From Klebsormidium nitens (lineage: Eukaryota; Plantae; Klebsormidiophyceae), in NCBI GenBank assembly GCA_000708835.1, contig DF237198.1, positions 1 through 64,000 on the forward strand: 64,000 nucleotides of DNA, read 5' to 3'. The notes beneath the pieces are model-generated. The model did not search any database and was not told where the DNA came from. It saw only the letters and a program-made list of their open reading frames with translations. Numbering within the stretch: position 1 is the stretch's first letter; each line of letters opens with the position of its first letter. Positions 12,024-24,157 of this stretch are shown piece by piece. A program made the position numbers and the translations under genes.

Positions 12024-15000
12024 TCACAAACCGCCAGAGTAGTCCAATCGCCCAACGTATTTCCCCTCGGACTGGACCGAGGAGAGAGTCGCTGCAACAA
12101 GGAGATCATGCAGCAAACCTCCAGTGACTGCGCCCTACCGGTCAAACTTCACCCCCCTACTCTTTGCTGACGTCACCACACACAAAACAAGCGCTGCTGA
12201 CGTCATCCGGAGCTCACCCCGCAGGAGCGCCTCCCACGCGGCCCGCGCAGCGCCGTGCTCTGCGCTCTTCTTCAGCTTCTCGTACGGCCCTTTCACCGCC
12301 AAACCGCCCACCGAAACCGTCGCGCTGTGCAGCGGCTCGTGGACCAGCCCCTCCGTTTCCAGCGAGTACTCCGGAATTGGACACCTGGCGCGCACGCACG
12401 CGGTTTGCAGGAGGCCCTTGTAGTCTTGGAAGCCCGGCTGCAGAGAAGGACGGACACGTCGCAGGCTCAGCCGTCTCGAAGATGCGGAGGAGGAGCCCAG
12501 ATTCGTTTTTGGGAAGGTCCACGAGTCGGGATGACTTTCTCAACAAGCCTGGGACTTCTAGCACAGAAAAATTCCTGTCCAGAACTGTGAACAAGCACAG
12601 ACGGCACACGCCAGTGGTTATAAGAAGAGAAGCAAAATGCCCGTTGAAGCCAGGACTGAATATTCACAGCGAACTTCTGCTCTTAGTACCTTTTCGTTAC
12701 TGTGATCAACGGCGGATGACGGAATAGAATCCTTAAGCCACTTCCCAGGGTCCCTCAATAAGGACCCCAGAACACGAGCCGTTCTGGAGGTTCTCTAAGA
12801 GCGTCAACTCAAGCCTTTGTTTGGACCGGAGCACGGTTCGATGGCGCCTCCGGGAGTCTCAGCACAACCACTTCCATCGAACAAGCAGGATTTGCAACTC
12901 GAAAAACACCGGTTTGGCAAGTATACCTAGCGGCGTCTGATACGCGCGCGGCCCGTCTTGCAAACATGAAGCCCACCTTGAAACTTGTGCGACAGATCAA
13001 CAGGCCTTGACATCCAAACCCCGCCCTCACCGGCCACCTTGGTGCGCGGTCCTTGTGTGGCAGCGGGTTCTTGAGCGTAATCGGCATGCCGGACCGCAAG
13101 TGTTCAAGAATCTCCACCCAATGAAGTCAAAATCACGAAATCTAACTAACAAACTCTACTGAACGCATCCTAACCAACAAAGTCTGACCCCGCCCTCACC
13201 GGCCACCTCGGCGCGCGGTCCTTGGGCGGCCGCGGCTTCTTGGGCGGGATCGGCACGCCGGACAGCTTCCGGTCCGCGTCGGGGCTCGGACGCACAAGCA
13301 CCGTCCGACCCTCGCGCTTCATCACTCGCACCCCGTACTTGCACGCGTTGTACGCGTCCCGTTCCGTTGACCGGTCCCGGCGTTGCAGCCAGGAGGGGTC
13401 GAGCGTTACGCCCTCCACGTCCCTGGCAGCGAGAAGCTTAGAAGATTTGGTTTTGGGGCAGATTGTGAAATGGGATTTGTAAGCTTTAGGAGGGTCATTG
13501 CATGCTCCCGGTTCCGTCGACCGGGCCCAGGGTTGCAGCCAGGCGGGGTCAAGCGCCACGCCCTCCACGTCTCTGGCAGAGGGAAGCTTAGAGGATTTCG
13601 GTTTGGGGCAGACTCCCTGATTTGGATACTTAGGCTTTAGGAGGGCTGTTGTATTGGACTAATTGTATTCAATTCTCGGGGTAGTCTAGCCACGCCGGGG
13701 GTCGAGCGCTAACCCCTCACGTCCCTAGGCCGATCGGGAGACGTTAGANNNNNNNNNNNNNNNNNNNNNNNNNNNNNNNNNNNNNNNNNNNNNNNNNNNN
13801 NNNNNNNNNNNNNNNNNNNNNNNNNNNNNNNNNNNNGACTCCCTGATTTGGAGTACTTAGGCTTTAGGAGGGCTGTTGTATGCAATGATCAATTCTCGGG
13901 GTGCAGCCACGCGGGGTCGAGCGCAACCCCCTCCACGTCCCTGGCGATGGGAGACTTAGAGAATCTCGTTTTGGGGCAGAATTGTAAAGTGGGGTTGTAG
14001 GCTTTAGGAGGGTCGTTGTACGCTCCCGGTTCTGTCGACCGGTCCCATGTTGCAGCCAGGCGGGGTCGAGCACCACGGCCTTCACGTCCCTAGCAGAATG
14101 AAGCTCAAAAGGTTGTGATCTGGAGCGGATTCGAGAAGTGGGTGTAGTGAGTTTCAAGAAAGTCGTTGTAAACGTCTCTTCTTCTGTAGTGAAAGTTCTC
14201 TGCTAACCCCTGTCGATCTTTGACTCCGTCAATCCCATCGGAGCGGAGCACTTCCCCTCTTCTTGGCTGCTACTGCGCACCCGACGGACGCATTTTTCCG
14301 TTCAGTGATTGATCCAGCGGGGAGAAAAGCAGAATACGGTAGCCCAAAGACTGCTAACAAACTCTCAAACCTGGTTTAAGAAACCTAACCCGTGCCCGCT
14401 CCTGACAGACTTCCTACTCCGTCTCCTGTACATACAGGTAACCCCTCCGTAACCGATCTTTGAACATAAAGCGACATGCAGTCTCGTGCCGACTTCTCTG
14501 AGCTTCAGGCACTCTTGTGCGCACTGGTAAAAAGGCCTTTACGAACTCACCGTCTGAGCGTGATCAGCCGCTCGTTCAGCTCCAGCACCTGACTGTACTC
14601 CAGGACCGCGTCCTGCATGTACGGCCGTCCGATCGTCCGCATCCGCGCCGCCTCCAAAAGTTCCGCGACGGACCCGAACTTTTCGATGAGCTTGATCGCG
14701 GAGTTGCGTCCAAATTCGGGGACGTAGAACGGCAGGCCCCGGATGGCGTCCGATTGGTCGCCCAAAAGGCAGCCTGGAAAGCGGGTGAAAGGGTGTGTTT
14801 TGGGAAAGGCAAGGCGACCGAGAAAGGAGTGGCATGGAGTCTGTGAAAGTGTCCCAGTGGTCGCTGAAAAGGCTGTCAGAAAGTTAGGAAAGGAGGGTTG
14901 TCGTCAATCCAGGAGGGCGACTGAGTAACCCTGGTCTCCAAGGTAGTGGTCCCCTTAGACTGGTCGCAGGCAGCTTGGAGAATCACATGAAGTATGGCTC

Positions 15001-17267
15001 GAAAGTGACATGGGAAATCAGCAAAGACTACGAAATCGAAAGAGTGACGTCGATCTGGCGGAAAACCAAGAAACAAGAAGCAGCTCGACAAAGTCAACAA
15101 GGTAAAAGAGGGACCTCAGCACTGCGTCAAGCAAAGAAGGCGCCAGCGAAAACCGCCCCCACTGCCAGACTTGATCGGAGACGTTTTTGAAAACTAGACC
15201 CGCTGATAGGCACTCACGAAGTAGGACGAACTTCTCGGGGGGGTACCCGACCCGCTCTTCGAACTTGCGCCCGTCAAAGAAGTTGAATTCACGCATCAGC
15301 TCCGCGCGGGGCGCCCAGATGGAGATGCGCTCGTTCAGCAACTGCCGCAGGTCAGTGTCTGCAAAAAGGGAACGATTCCGTTTTCCTGTACCGATCGGTG
15401 TTTGAAGCTGCAGCATAAGGAGAGTCGCCCACTATTTCCAAGAGCTCCTTTTTCTATTTTCCAAGCTGAGACGTTCAACCAACAAATTCACAACCCAGAA
15501 ACTTTCTCTTCATACGCAGCATCTCTAAACCTTACCGAAGGTGGATGCAATTAATCTGACAGGTGGCAGAAAAGGATGGGCTGGTGGATAGCTCACCCGG
15601 AGAGACAATGTTCACTCGATGCCCCATGTCGACGGCCTGCTGGGCCAGCGTCGCAATGACGTCATCCGCCTCCGCGTGGGGTACTTTGACAATCTGTCCA
15701 GGAATTCAGTGTTTGATCCGCATTCATAGCCTCGAATTGATCCACAAAACTATTCGAGCCGACAAACACCAGATGCAAAGCGTCACAAATCGCCTGGAGG
15801 GGCGCAGCAAGCTTTTGACGAGAACGGAAGCGAACTTATGAGAGACTGCCATTTGGCCTTCTGCATGCTTTTTGTTTTTTATCCTCCCATAGACATCGCC
15901 TCCCGGTGCTGTACACTTTCCAACTGACAAGGTCTTCGGCTAAAGGCCTATGATTTTAAATCTTGCCATATCGGAGATGAGTGCAGAAACATGGAAGGCG
16001 CGGAGTGTATTCAGAAGACACACTGCTCACCGGTATGTTCAGAAGCCTGAAAAGGGGTTCCAGCATGGGCATGTTCTCAAACGGGTCAATGTGCACGCGG
16101 TGACGGTTCCGCCGGTGGCCGATTGTCGGCCATGGGTGGTACAGCTTTCGACCCGATTTGTAGTCGGGGTAGAGTTCGCGGCGCCACGCATTGCCGTTGT
16201 CCCCGTCCAAAACCTGCAGCAAGTCTTTTTGAATTCAGAGGAATGTGTGGTAGAGACACCTGTCGGGATTGGTGAAAGGACGCCCCCTGGTTGCGGCCCC
16301 AGTTTGACTTCAAAGACATAACCAAAACTTGCGTTTCAAACATCCTGAGGAGCAAGAAAGGGCAGATTGTGTTGATAGGGGGCAGATTGGCTTGACACGG
16401 TTTAAAGCAGGACACTCAAGAAAGGAAGGAGTGATAGGAAGCTTTCTATGAGGGCAATCCCGGGTAAAACCCAAAAGCCCTAAATCCGTGAAACCCAAGC
16501 CGGCTAGTGGATCCCACCCCAATGATTGGCGAGTCCCCTGAGATGCCAATCAGCGCCTCCATCCACTCCAGGCATGCTCTGGGGTCCAGCTTGCCTCGCC
16601 CCCGCCCTCGATAACAAATTGGCATTATGTCCACTATATACACAACCGGCTTTGAGGGTCGCCGATCGAACGCCTCATTCTGTGCCACGGACACTTCATC
16701 AAGGCTGATTGGAGAGTCTGATGTTGCGTCATCGGCGGCGGTTGCTTCTCTAAGGTCCGAAGAAGGGTTTTGGGTTTTGGAGTCTAGATGAGAGTTTGCG
16801 GTTTGATGTCCTAAGTGGTGTGAGGACGTAGCGCTACTGTGAAAACTGGTTTCAGCAAGCTCCTCCTCAAGAGGACTTTCAGGCGCTATGAGAGCGGCGG
16901 TGGTTTCAAAACTTTCAAGCCGCTCGGACCGTTCAAGCTGCTCATCTGCCCCACCACTGGACTCCGAACAAGAACCCAACCTCACTTCACCATCAGAAAG
17001 ACGTGGAAACTCTTGAGCGCAATGCCGTTGCGCGCTATTTTCACTCAACTTCGCCAAACCCTCTCCTACTCGGCATTGGCACCGCACTGCGGATTCCGCT
17101 CTTGACTTGCTCTCACGGATGTTCCTGGTGCCGAACCCTAATGGAAAGTGCACGCTCGATGCTAGGGTGGTGCGCTGCAGAAAGGGGTCGGGACCACCAA
17201 GAAGTTGTTGCGAAACACTTGCACTCGGGAACAGGAAGCATCTGTGTGTGCCAAATGCAGCTTCCAT
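12024..17267 (-). CDS. OEX2: Organellar (plastid-type) 5'-3' exonuclease/flap endonuclease, OEX2/At1g34380-like, with a C-terminal dsRNA-binding domain
   Basis: Exons: 17267-16518 (transit-peptide-like N-terminus, YIVDIMPICYRG), 16213-16031 (VLDGD..WRRELYPDYKSGR), 15693-15597 (EADDVIATL), 15358-15218 (DTDLRQL), 14773-14551 (CLLGDQSDAIRG..FGRNSAIKLIEKFGSV..RTIGRPYMQDA, H3TH), 13422-13200 (RDVEGVTLDPSWLQ), 12437-12218 (dsRBD), 12091-12024 (stop). All junctions are GT-AG and in phase. Confidence 0.85.
13370..14100 (-). repeat. Tandem array (~150-bp unit, at least 5 copies) of the 3' splice acceptor plus the 5' end of OEX2 exon 6
   Basis: The unit AG|(G/A)GACGTG.AGG...GACCCC.CCTGGCTGCA recurs with exon starts at 13422, 13572, ~13724, 13940 and 14089. 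The array is interrupted by an N gap. Confidence 0.9.
13749..13836. other. Assembly gap (88 N) inside the tandem array
   Basis: Run of N; the flanking repeat copies look indel-rich or low quality. Confidence 0.99.
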
Positions 17268-17739
17268 GATTTCGGTGGGGCTGCAATTTCTTTGTAAATG
17301 ATAATGGTGGCCCTATGGTGGCCAGAAAATGACGTGATGCCCTTTGTCAGTGGGTGCTGTGAAAGTTTTCTACAATTCAGCGAGTGTGCCACCTTTCATC
17401 AAGGCTCAGAAACTCTCCTGACGCCATTTGAATGCAGCGCCCAGAAACCCACACACACCACACACCTGAAAACCTGCATGGAGTTGAAAGTGAGTTGCTC
17501 TAGGCCTGTACTAATAGTAATACTAATAGTAGTAGTCGAGCAATTTGAAGAAAGGTATGACAATCTCGATTTTTAAGGGTTTTGCTTCGGGATTTTGGGG
17601 AAACCCTCTCCTGCTGAGCTCCTCATGAACCTGCCTTGGGCTTAAACGCCTGCTGAGTCCTGCAACGGGGAGGCCGCTTTGTTCACCTGCGGCTGGCAGC
17701 ATTGCCCTTCTCAAGTGAGGTTTTTGCTGACCAGGCAGG

Positions 17740-20700
17740 ATGGACTTCATTCGATATCTTTCTGAGCTGCCTCCTGTGAAGCTCGACCGGCTGTATGAGA
17801 GCCACTTCACCTGCCAAGCAGTCCTCAGGTAAGGTGTGCTTCAGTACATGGTGGTGCAATAATGGATGAAGTTCTGAGACCGGATCTTTTCTGGTCGAAG
17901 AGATTGCATTCTGCTCTGCAGAGGGACAATTTTGTAGTGCCACAGCCACTGATTTTGCGCTGTGGAATCTTTGCATTGATGCTTAGCAACGTGCGAGTGG
18001 CTGCCAAAAGGCGATGCCGTCCACTTCAACCAATTGCTTTTCTGAACTGGACCTTCTGACCTGTTGCTGCAAGTAAGTTGGACGTGATTATGCTTGTGAT
18101 CACCTGGGAGACCTGCCTCCAGACTGACTGTCTGGGCTGAAAATAAGCAGCGACGCACTTTGAGGAACTCAATCCCCTTCTCTTTCCTCCTGCCCGCTTT
18201 TTAAGCTGGGCATGGCACTCCTACCTTAAAAGCCCCTCTACTTAAGCCCAAACTCATGAGGATCTAGTCTTGCTGAAGAAAAACAACTGGCTCCGCTTTG
18301 CAGGTCCTTGCCCCCCATCGCCAAGCAATATGTCCTTCGGTTACTGTTCATTGAGCAGCCGATCGCTGGCGAGACGATGCGGGGGTGGGCGAAACCAGAG
18401 GCGCTTGGGAAGCACAACGCTGCAATGGAAAGGCTGGATCAGCTGCGGGTGCTACTAGAGACGGGGGGAAAGTGAGTGCTCTCCATGTGATCATGCTTCT
18501 TGAGAAGTCTGAGCCGGTGTCTTGGATTTCTATCCCCCCACCTGGAAGCTGGTGCAACCAGTAACCAACATAGGGAATCTTAAGACCTCAGGAGGGTCCT
18601 GTGCATATTGATCGGCGTGATGTGTCTCAGTTGGTCATGATTTTGCATTGTGATAAGGCTTCAGGAAATATCCTGACACGTCGCCTGATACTTGTCCCGA
18701 AAAGGGTAGCACTGGCAGTGACTTCCTTTCATCACAATTGCGGCCAATTGATAATCAGCATTTTCATGCCCCTCCTTCCTTCAACGCTTCCAACCTCCTT
18801 CACTCCATATGTTTCACTTAGCATTCCCCTCCCCCCTTACTTCTTTCCCAGTTTCTGATCTCCCCTGCCTCACCTGCGTTCCACCGACCCCAAGGACTTA
18901 TCCAGACCGGTTGTGGTGCTTCCCAGTCGCGCCAACAGTCCTAAGCTTATAGGTCGTTCAGATATCTTCCTCTCTTTCGGCAGGTCTGGCAAGAAAGACG
19001 CTTCATACCGTCTAAATCCCGTCTTCCAGCAACAACTCCAACGCGCCCTCTCCGGTGCCATCGGTCCTCCAAAAGATCCCCTCCCCCCCGCCCTCGCATC
19101 CCATAAGCCCTCCCCCGCAGACCTAAATGCATACGCTCTAAAGCAGTGGGAATCACTGCTCTTGTTTCTGGCCAATGCGGGGGCGCCAGGTGGCGAAAGG
19201 AGAGGCGACCAGGAGCCGAGTAAGATGATCAAGGGGCTGCTGAGGAGGGCGGGGCTGATGGGGACTTCGGACGAGGGGGGCGTTCGGATATCGGACGAGG
19301 GTTTCCGGTTTTTGTTGATGGACTTGTATAAGCAGCTGTGGGTCGTGGTGCGGGAGTATGTGGCGGAGATTGAGGTGAGGAGTGACGTGATCAGTTTGTC
19401 TGCCTTAATACAGCAGGCTGGTTGCTGTTAAGTGGTGACGGTGCGTGTGTTAAGTATGAGTAGAGGTTTGCCCTTGTTCACTAGAGCGGAGGCGCATAAG
19501 CCAGTGAGCAACAGAGGTTTGAATGTGTGAAGAATCGTTCCGACACTGTTGACCACCTCATTTTCTGGAGGGCGATCCACGTCATTCAAGGCATTCATAC
19601 ATCGATAATCACTATACATGCCTGTCGCTTTCTGTTGGCTTTTTGGAAAAGTCTTACTTCACGACAGAGAGTAGTCAATCCGTTCCTGTCTGAGCTCTCC
19701 AACGTTGCGGACTCAACAGACATGGTTTAAACGTTCAAGAAGTCCTTTTCGCCTCGAAATGTTCTGATTCAGATGCAAAAATCTCAAGAGGAGAGTTTTC
19801 ACACCCTTGCAGGACCAAGGCCTGGACGGCGCCCAGGTCACGTGCTTTCTGATGGAGCTTGGGTTCTACCCCCTGGGCGAACCACACGGTGTGAACAGGC
19901 TCTCCAGCCTGCAGAAGCGAGTCGTGGAGGACCTGGCGAGCGTGGGGCTTGTTTATATTCAGAAGGTGAGAAGCGAATTCGTTTGACGACGTATTTGAGG
20001 AGAAGGCAGAAGCTGGGACGTTCAGTAAAGATGACGAGCAGGGAAGATATTCGCGAGTTCCACGGATCACTAACCTTTGAATCGTGCTGACAGAGCTATG
20101 GGACACCGTTCTATCCCGTTTCAAAGTGCGTCTTTCAAGCTGCTCAGGTGGGAAATGCTTTCGAAAGCCGCTCTGCTCGTCACGAGCGGAAAGAAAGCAT
20201 TCAGTGGCTTAAAGTTGTGGGGCGTAATGCGCGAAGCCATCAGAATGAATTCGCTTCTTTAAGTTGAACCTTTCCTATCATTTAAACAAGCGAAGTTTTG
20301 ATGCTGGCGCGCATTCGCAGGACGTCAGCTTCGTTGCCGGAATGCGGAAGCGACCGTTTACTTTAGAAGCGTGTAGGAACCCTCCCGTGAACCTGCGGTG
20401 CAAGACAGTCATGAATCGAAGGGCTCGACAGAGCGATCCTTTGTGAAATGTTCAAGTGTCTTTTTTTATAGGCTGGCGGGCAGTCCTGCTTCTACCCGAC
20501 GCGGCTTGCGTCAAATCTGTCGGCCAGCCTATCAGAGTCCTCCACGTGGCAACCAGCCGAGGGCTTCATCATCGTGGAGACCAACTTCCGAACCTACGGC
20601 TACACCACTTCTCCTTTACAGATTGCGATCCTTCGATTGTTTACAAGGTGAGAGCTCAAAAGGGGGGCTAGAGAGGGCGAATGTGGATTGTTAGAAGGAC

Positions 20701-22976
20701 CGCAAGAACCCCGGTACCTCTGGACCCTTGTCCTCCCTAGCCTTGTCGTTTGAACCCTTTTGATGTCTGCGGTCTCTTATTTTATCTACCGTATCTCAAT
20801 CTGTCTGCGGGCCCTTGGTTTTTTTGTCGCAAACGCACATGGGCAAACTAGACGCATCGATCGTTGTAAAAGGATACCAAGGTTTGAGCAACAAAAAAGG
20901 AAGGCGTTTAGCATGAGCATTTCCAGCACTGGCTGAGGAAGCGGAGTTTGCTAAGAAACTGAAAGAGAAGCGCGTATGCAGGATTGAGTACGTGTTGCCC
21001 AACCTAGTTGTGGGGACCATCACGCGAGAGAGCGTCAACACGGCCTTCTCCAACGGAATCACAGCCGATCAGGTGAGGAGCGGAACGCCATTACCACTCT
21101 CTCGTTCGAAATGCAGCCCTACCATTTGCGTGAGCACGAAAACGATGCCGATTGTGGCCGACCATGCGTGTGGCACCGCAGAGCCGCCAGTGCTGCCGAC
21201 AGAGACTCCTCGATCGAGGAGGTTTTGGCCTACGGACGGTTGTGGGCTGGTCATGGAATGGTTCGAAAGTGGTTAGAAAGTGGTTAGAAAGTTATATGTC
21301 AAAGAATCAGACTTGGGCGGTAATCAGCCTTGGAATGGTCCGGTTGTTTGTCCAAGATTCAAGTTTAGTTATCAGCCTGTTGGCAGTCAAACCTTTTGCC
21401 CGACTCTTCTTTAAGGAGAAGTCGCCACTGAAGGCACTTATCCGTGCTACACACGTGGCGGAGTGTAGCACGTAAGATAAAGTCATTCATCGCCGGGCAA
21501 GTCAGCCAGGGCAGGCGGTTGAAGTCCAGTCTTCCTGGCACTCAGAGTTGCAAGAGCTTCAAGAAGTTACACGTCTGCGCGCCGGATGTTGCAGATGCAG
21601 CCTTAGATCCGGCAGTTCGCACAGATTATTTTTGTGTACCTTCGCATCAGCCAAATTCCCGCGTTGCGCAGACACGCACATTATAACCCCTTACGTTCGA
21701 CCCCTAATTTGCTTCCAGGCTCTACAACTCTCAATTCAAAGCGTTCGTGCATCTCCTGCAGCAGGCGGCGCCCCAAATCCGACAGCGCGTATGCTCATCT
21801 CAACCGTTAAACTTCAAAACCCAGATCGTTCCCTCTTTCCAAAACCCTGCAATTCGCATTCAGATTGGCATGTATCTCCAGCAACACGCGGTGCCCCAGA
21901 TGTTTGAACCCCTACACTTCAAACCCAGATTGCTCCACTCTACATAAAATCCACAATTTTCATGCAGATCGCTCCCACTCTAAATAAATCCACTATTGTC
22001 ATGCAGATCGTGGCGTATCTTCAGCAGCACGCGGCGCCCCAGATCCGGCAGCGCGTGCCGGTCGTCCCCGAGACGGTGGCGGACCAGGTGCGGCTGTGGG
22101 AGCGCGACCGGAACCGGGTGCAGCAAAGCCGGGCGGTGCTCTACGAGGAGTTCCCCTCGCAGGTGAAACAATTGCCGGATCTCCGTTTGGCTTTGTCTCC
22201 AGCAGATGAGTTTCTTTTCAAAGTGCTGTTTGTAATTTTCCTCGCAATTAACGAGGTCTCCTTGCCTTGTCCACTCCCCCTCTTTGGAGCTTCCGTCTCG
22301 GGTCCATTTTCCTCTTGGAGCTTTTGTCTGTACGAGCTTTTTTTCTGGTCGTTTAAGTTTCGTTTTCTTTCTCGGGTATCGTTTTGTTGAAGTCGGTCCT
22401 CTTTCGAGCACTGACGTTTCGTCGCAGTTGCGTGTTGTCCCAAATTAACCTTGCTTGTACATTACGTTTTCATTCTTGGGTACTCTTGTCGTAGCCTGCT
22501 CGAGTAATGCTTTTTGGCCACAAGTCTCAAAAGTCAATGCTGTGCTAGGCGCGCTATTACTTCATTACTTTTGGGTTACCGATGCACTGTTTGCGTCCTC
22601 CGAGGAGCTCTACGCAATCACGAGCGGATGATTTGGGGAACGAATTTGTTACTAGAATCGTGTTGCCCGTTCTCCGGTTGAAGAGGTGTTCGTGTTTGCG
22701 ATTTATGTCTTCCAGAGATCGAGCCAATCCGTTCTTTCGGGTTGCCGCCACCGCTTGTCTGATCTTCTACGGTCTAAAGCCTTCGAGATTCCGGCGTGTT
22801 TCTGACGGCGACGCGCCCTCTCTTGCTGACGTCAGGAACGGTTCGCGGCCGTGGTGGATTATGCAAGGCAGGTTGGGGCGCTCTTGTGGCAAAATCCGAT
22901 TGAGCGGCGGTTCGTGGCCAGTGACGGGCGGCATGACGACATACGGGCGTTTATTCGGAATCAGAGTCGGACTTGA
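17740..22976 (+). CDS. TFB2: TFIIH subunit p52 (Tfb2/GTF2H4); multi-exon
   Basis: MDFIRYLSELPPVKLDRLYESHFTCQAVLR | SLPPIAKQYVLRLLFIEQP | ...ISDEGFRFLLMD | ...FYPTRLA...EGFIIVETNFRTYGYT.SPLQIAIL | EYVLPNLVVGTITRESV..AFSNGITADQ | IVAYLQQHA...VPETVADQVRLWERDRNR | last exon 22829-22976. Confidence 0.95.
21745..22006 (+). repeat. Degenerate duplicated acceptor/exon-start fragments in a TFB2 intron
   Basis: 21745-21790 and 21861-21901 resemble the real exon start at 22007 (CAG|ATCGTGGCGTATCTTCAGCAGCACGCGGCGCCCCAGATCCGGCAGCGCGT). A ~39-bp tandem duplication places two ATGCAG|ATC acceptors at 21967 and 22006. Confidence 0.8.
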
Positions 22977-23399
22977 ATCTAACAGAGGTCACCTAGCGGC
23001 ATGCTCCGAAAATCTTGTTGCATGCCGCGCCCTGATCATGATCCTTCGCACGCGCTGCTTTTTTAGGCAAGCAATTTTGCCACAAGGGTGACATGCGGTT
23101 CGCATTGTGCAAGCACGATGCGCAAGTATGACGTCATATGATACCGTCCATGATATACTACCTCGAGCAGATTGCCGTGAACATTGACGGAAAGTTGTCT
23201 CCGCGGCGCTGGACATGCTTGGTACGCATGCCTTGATTGACTCCAATCGATAGCACAGCCCGAATATGCGACCTTCGAAGCGACTTCTGATGCTAGGTAA
23301 GCCCGGCCGAGGGCCCCGCCATACATCCCGCGGGCGTATCATATATGCAACTATAATCGCATGCACATGGCCGCGTCGGCGTCAGCTCTGTTTATACTA

Positions 23400-24157
23400 C
23401 ACAAGCAACCTATGGTGGGTATCGGCGGTCTCGATCGCGCGACGATCCGGTCACAAATTTGAATTACCGGTGTGTCGAGTCGCGACAATTTGTACGCGGT
23501 ACTGACGACCGTGCAGACCGGTACTTGAGAATCCGGTCCGAGTTCATAAATTAGAATCTGTCTGACAATCCGGTCGTCAGAAATTTCCGGAGTTTCCGGC
23601 GGTACGGTACCGATCAAGTCTGACCGTACGTGAAATTTGAAAATCATGGTTTCGATCGGAAGTTCCGACTCGAACCACCCTAGAGTACCGCGGTACCTAA
23701 CTTGAAAGGAGAGTGCAGAAGATGGAAACGGGAGTGTAGGGAATGGCGCTTTTTAGAAGCAAGCAATGGCGGCCAACTTTGCAGCCACGATGGTGCTTCT
23801 TCCGATTTGTCCTCAACATAACAAGATGTTGGAGCTTCGAAGGAGCCTTCATGACGCTCTCCCAACATTTTTTTCTGCTTGTCAGAGGTTTTTATAAGCT
23901 GCATATGGCTCTTCTTTGCGTGCCAATTTGATGCTCCTCTCAAAGTGTAAAACCTGACACTGTCTAAGAATCTCCTCACACTTACTTACGGCCCGGCAAA
24001 ATTTTTCTGAGTATTTGTACCGCCCGAGTAACATAAACCTGAGTAGCCGTGACGCGAACCGCCGGTAACACTGACGATATTCGATACGCGCTAAATCGAT
24101 TTTGTGGCGGCCGGAGTCGGAATCGACTCGGCCGGTACCCACCATAGGTAGCTTGTG
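23400..24157. mobile_element. Non-autonomous Tc1/mariner-type TIR element, 758 bp
   Basis: TA|CACAAGCAACCTATGGTGGGTATCGGC at the left end and GCCGGTACCCACCATAGGTAGCTTGTG|TA at the right end, with 2 mismatches. Degenerate inverted similarity continues inward. No transposase ORF. Confidence 0.8.

Noticed and set aside
13370-14100. Repeat array as CRISPR-like repeats and spacers
   Set aside because: The whole ~150-bp unit is repeated with no unique spacers, it derives from a host exon junction, the context is eukaryotic and there are no cas genes.
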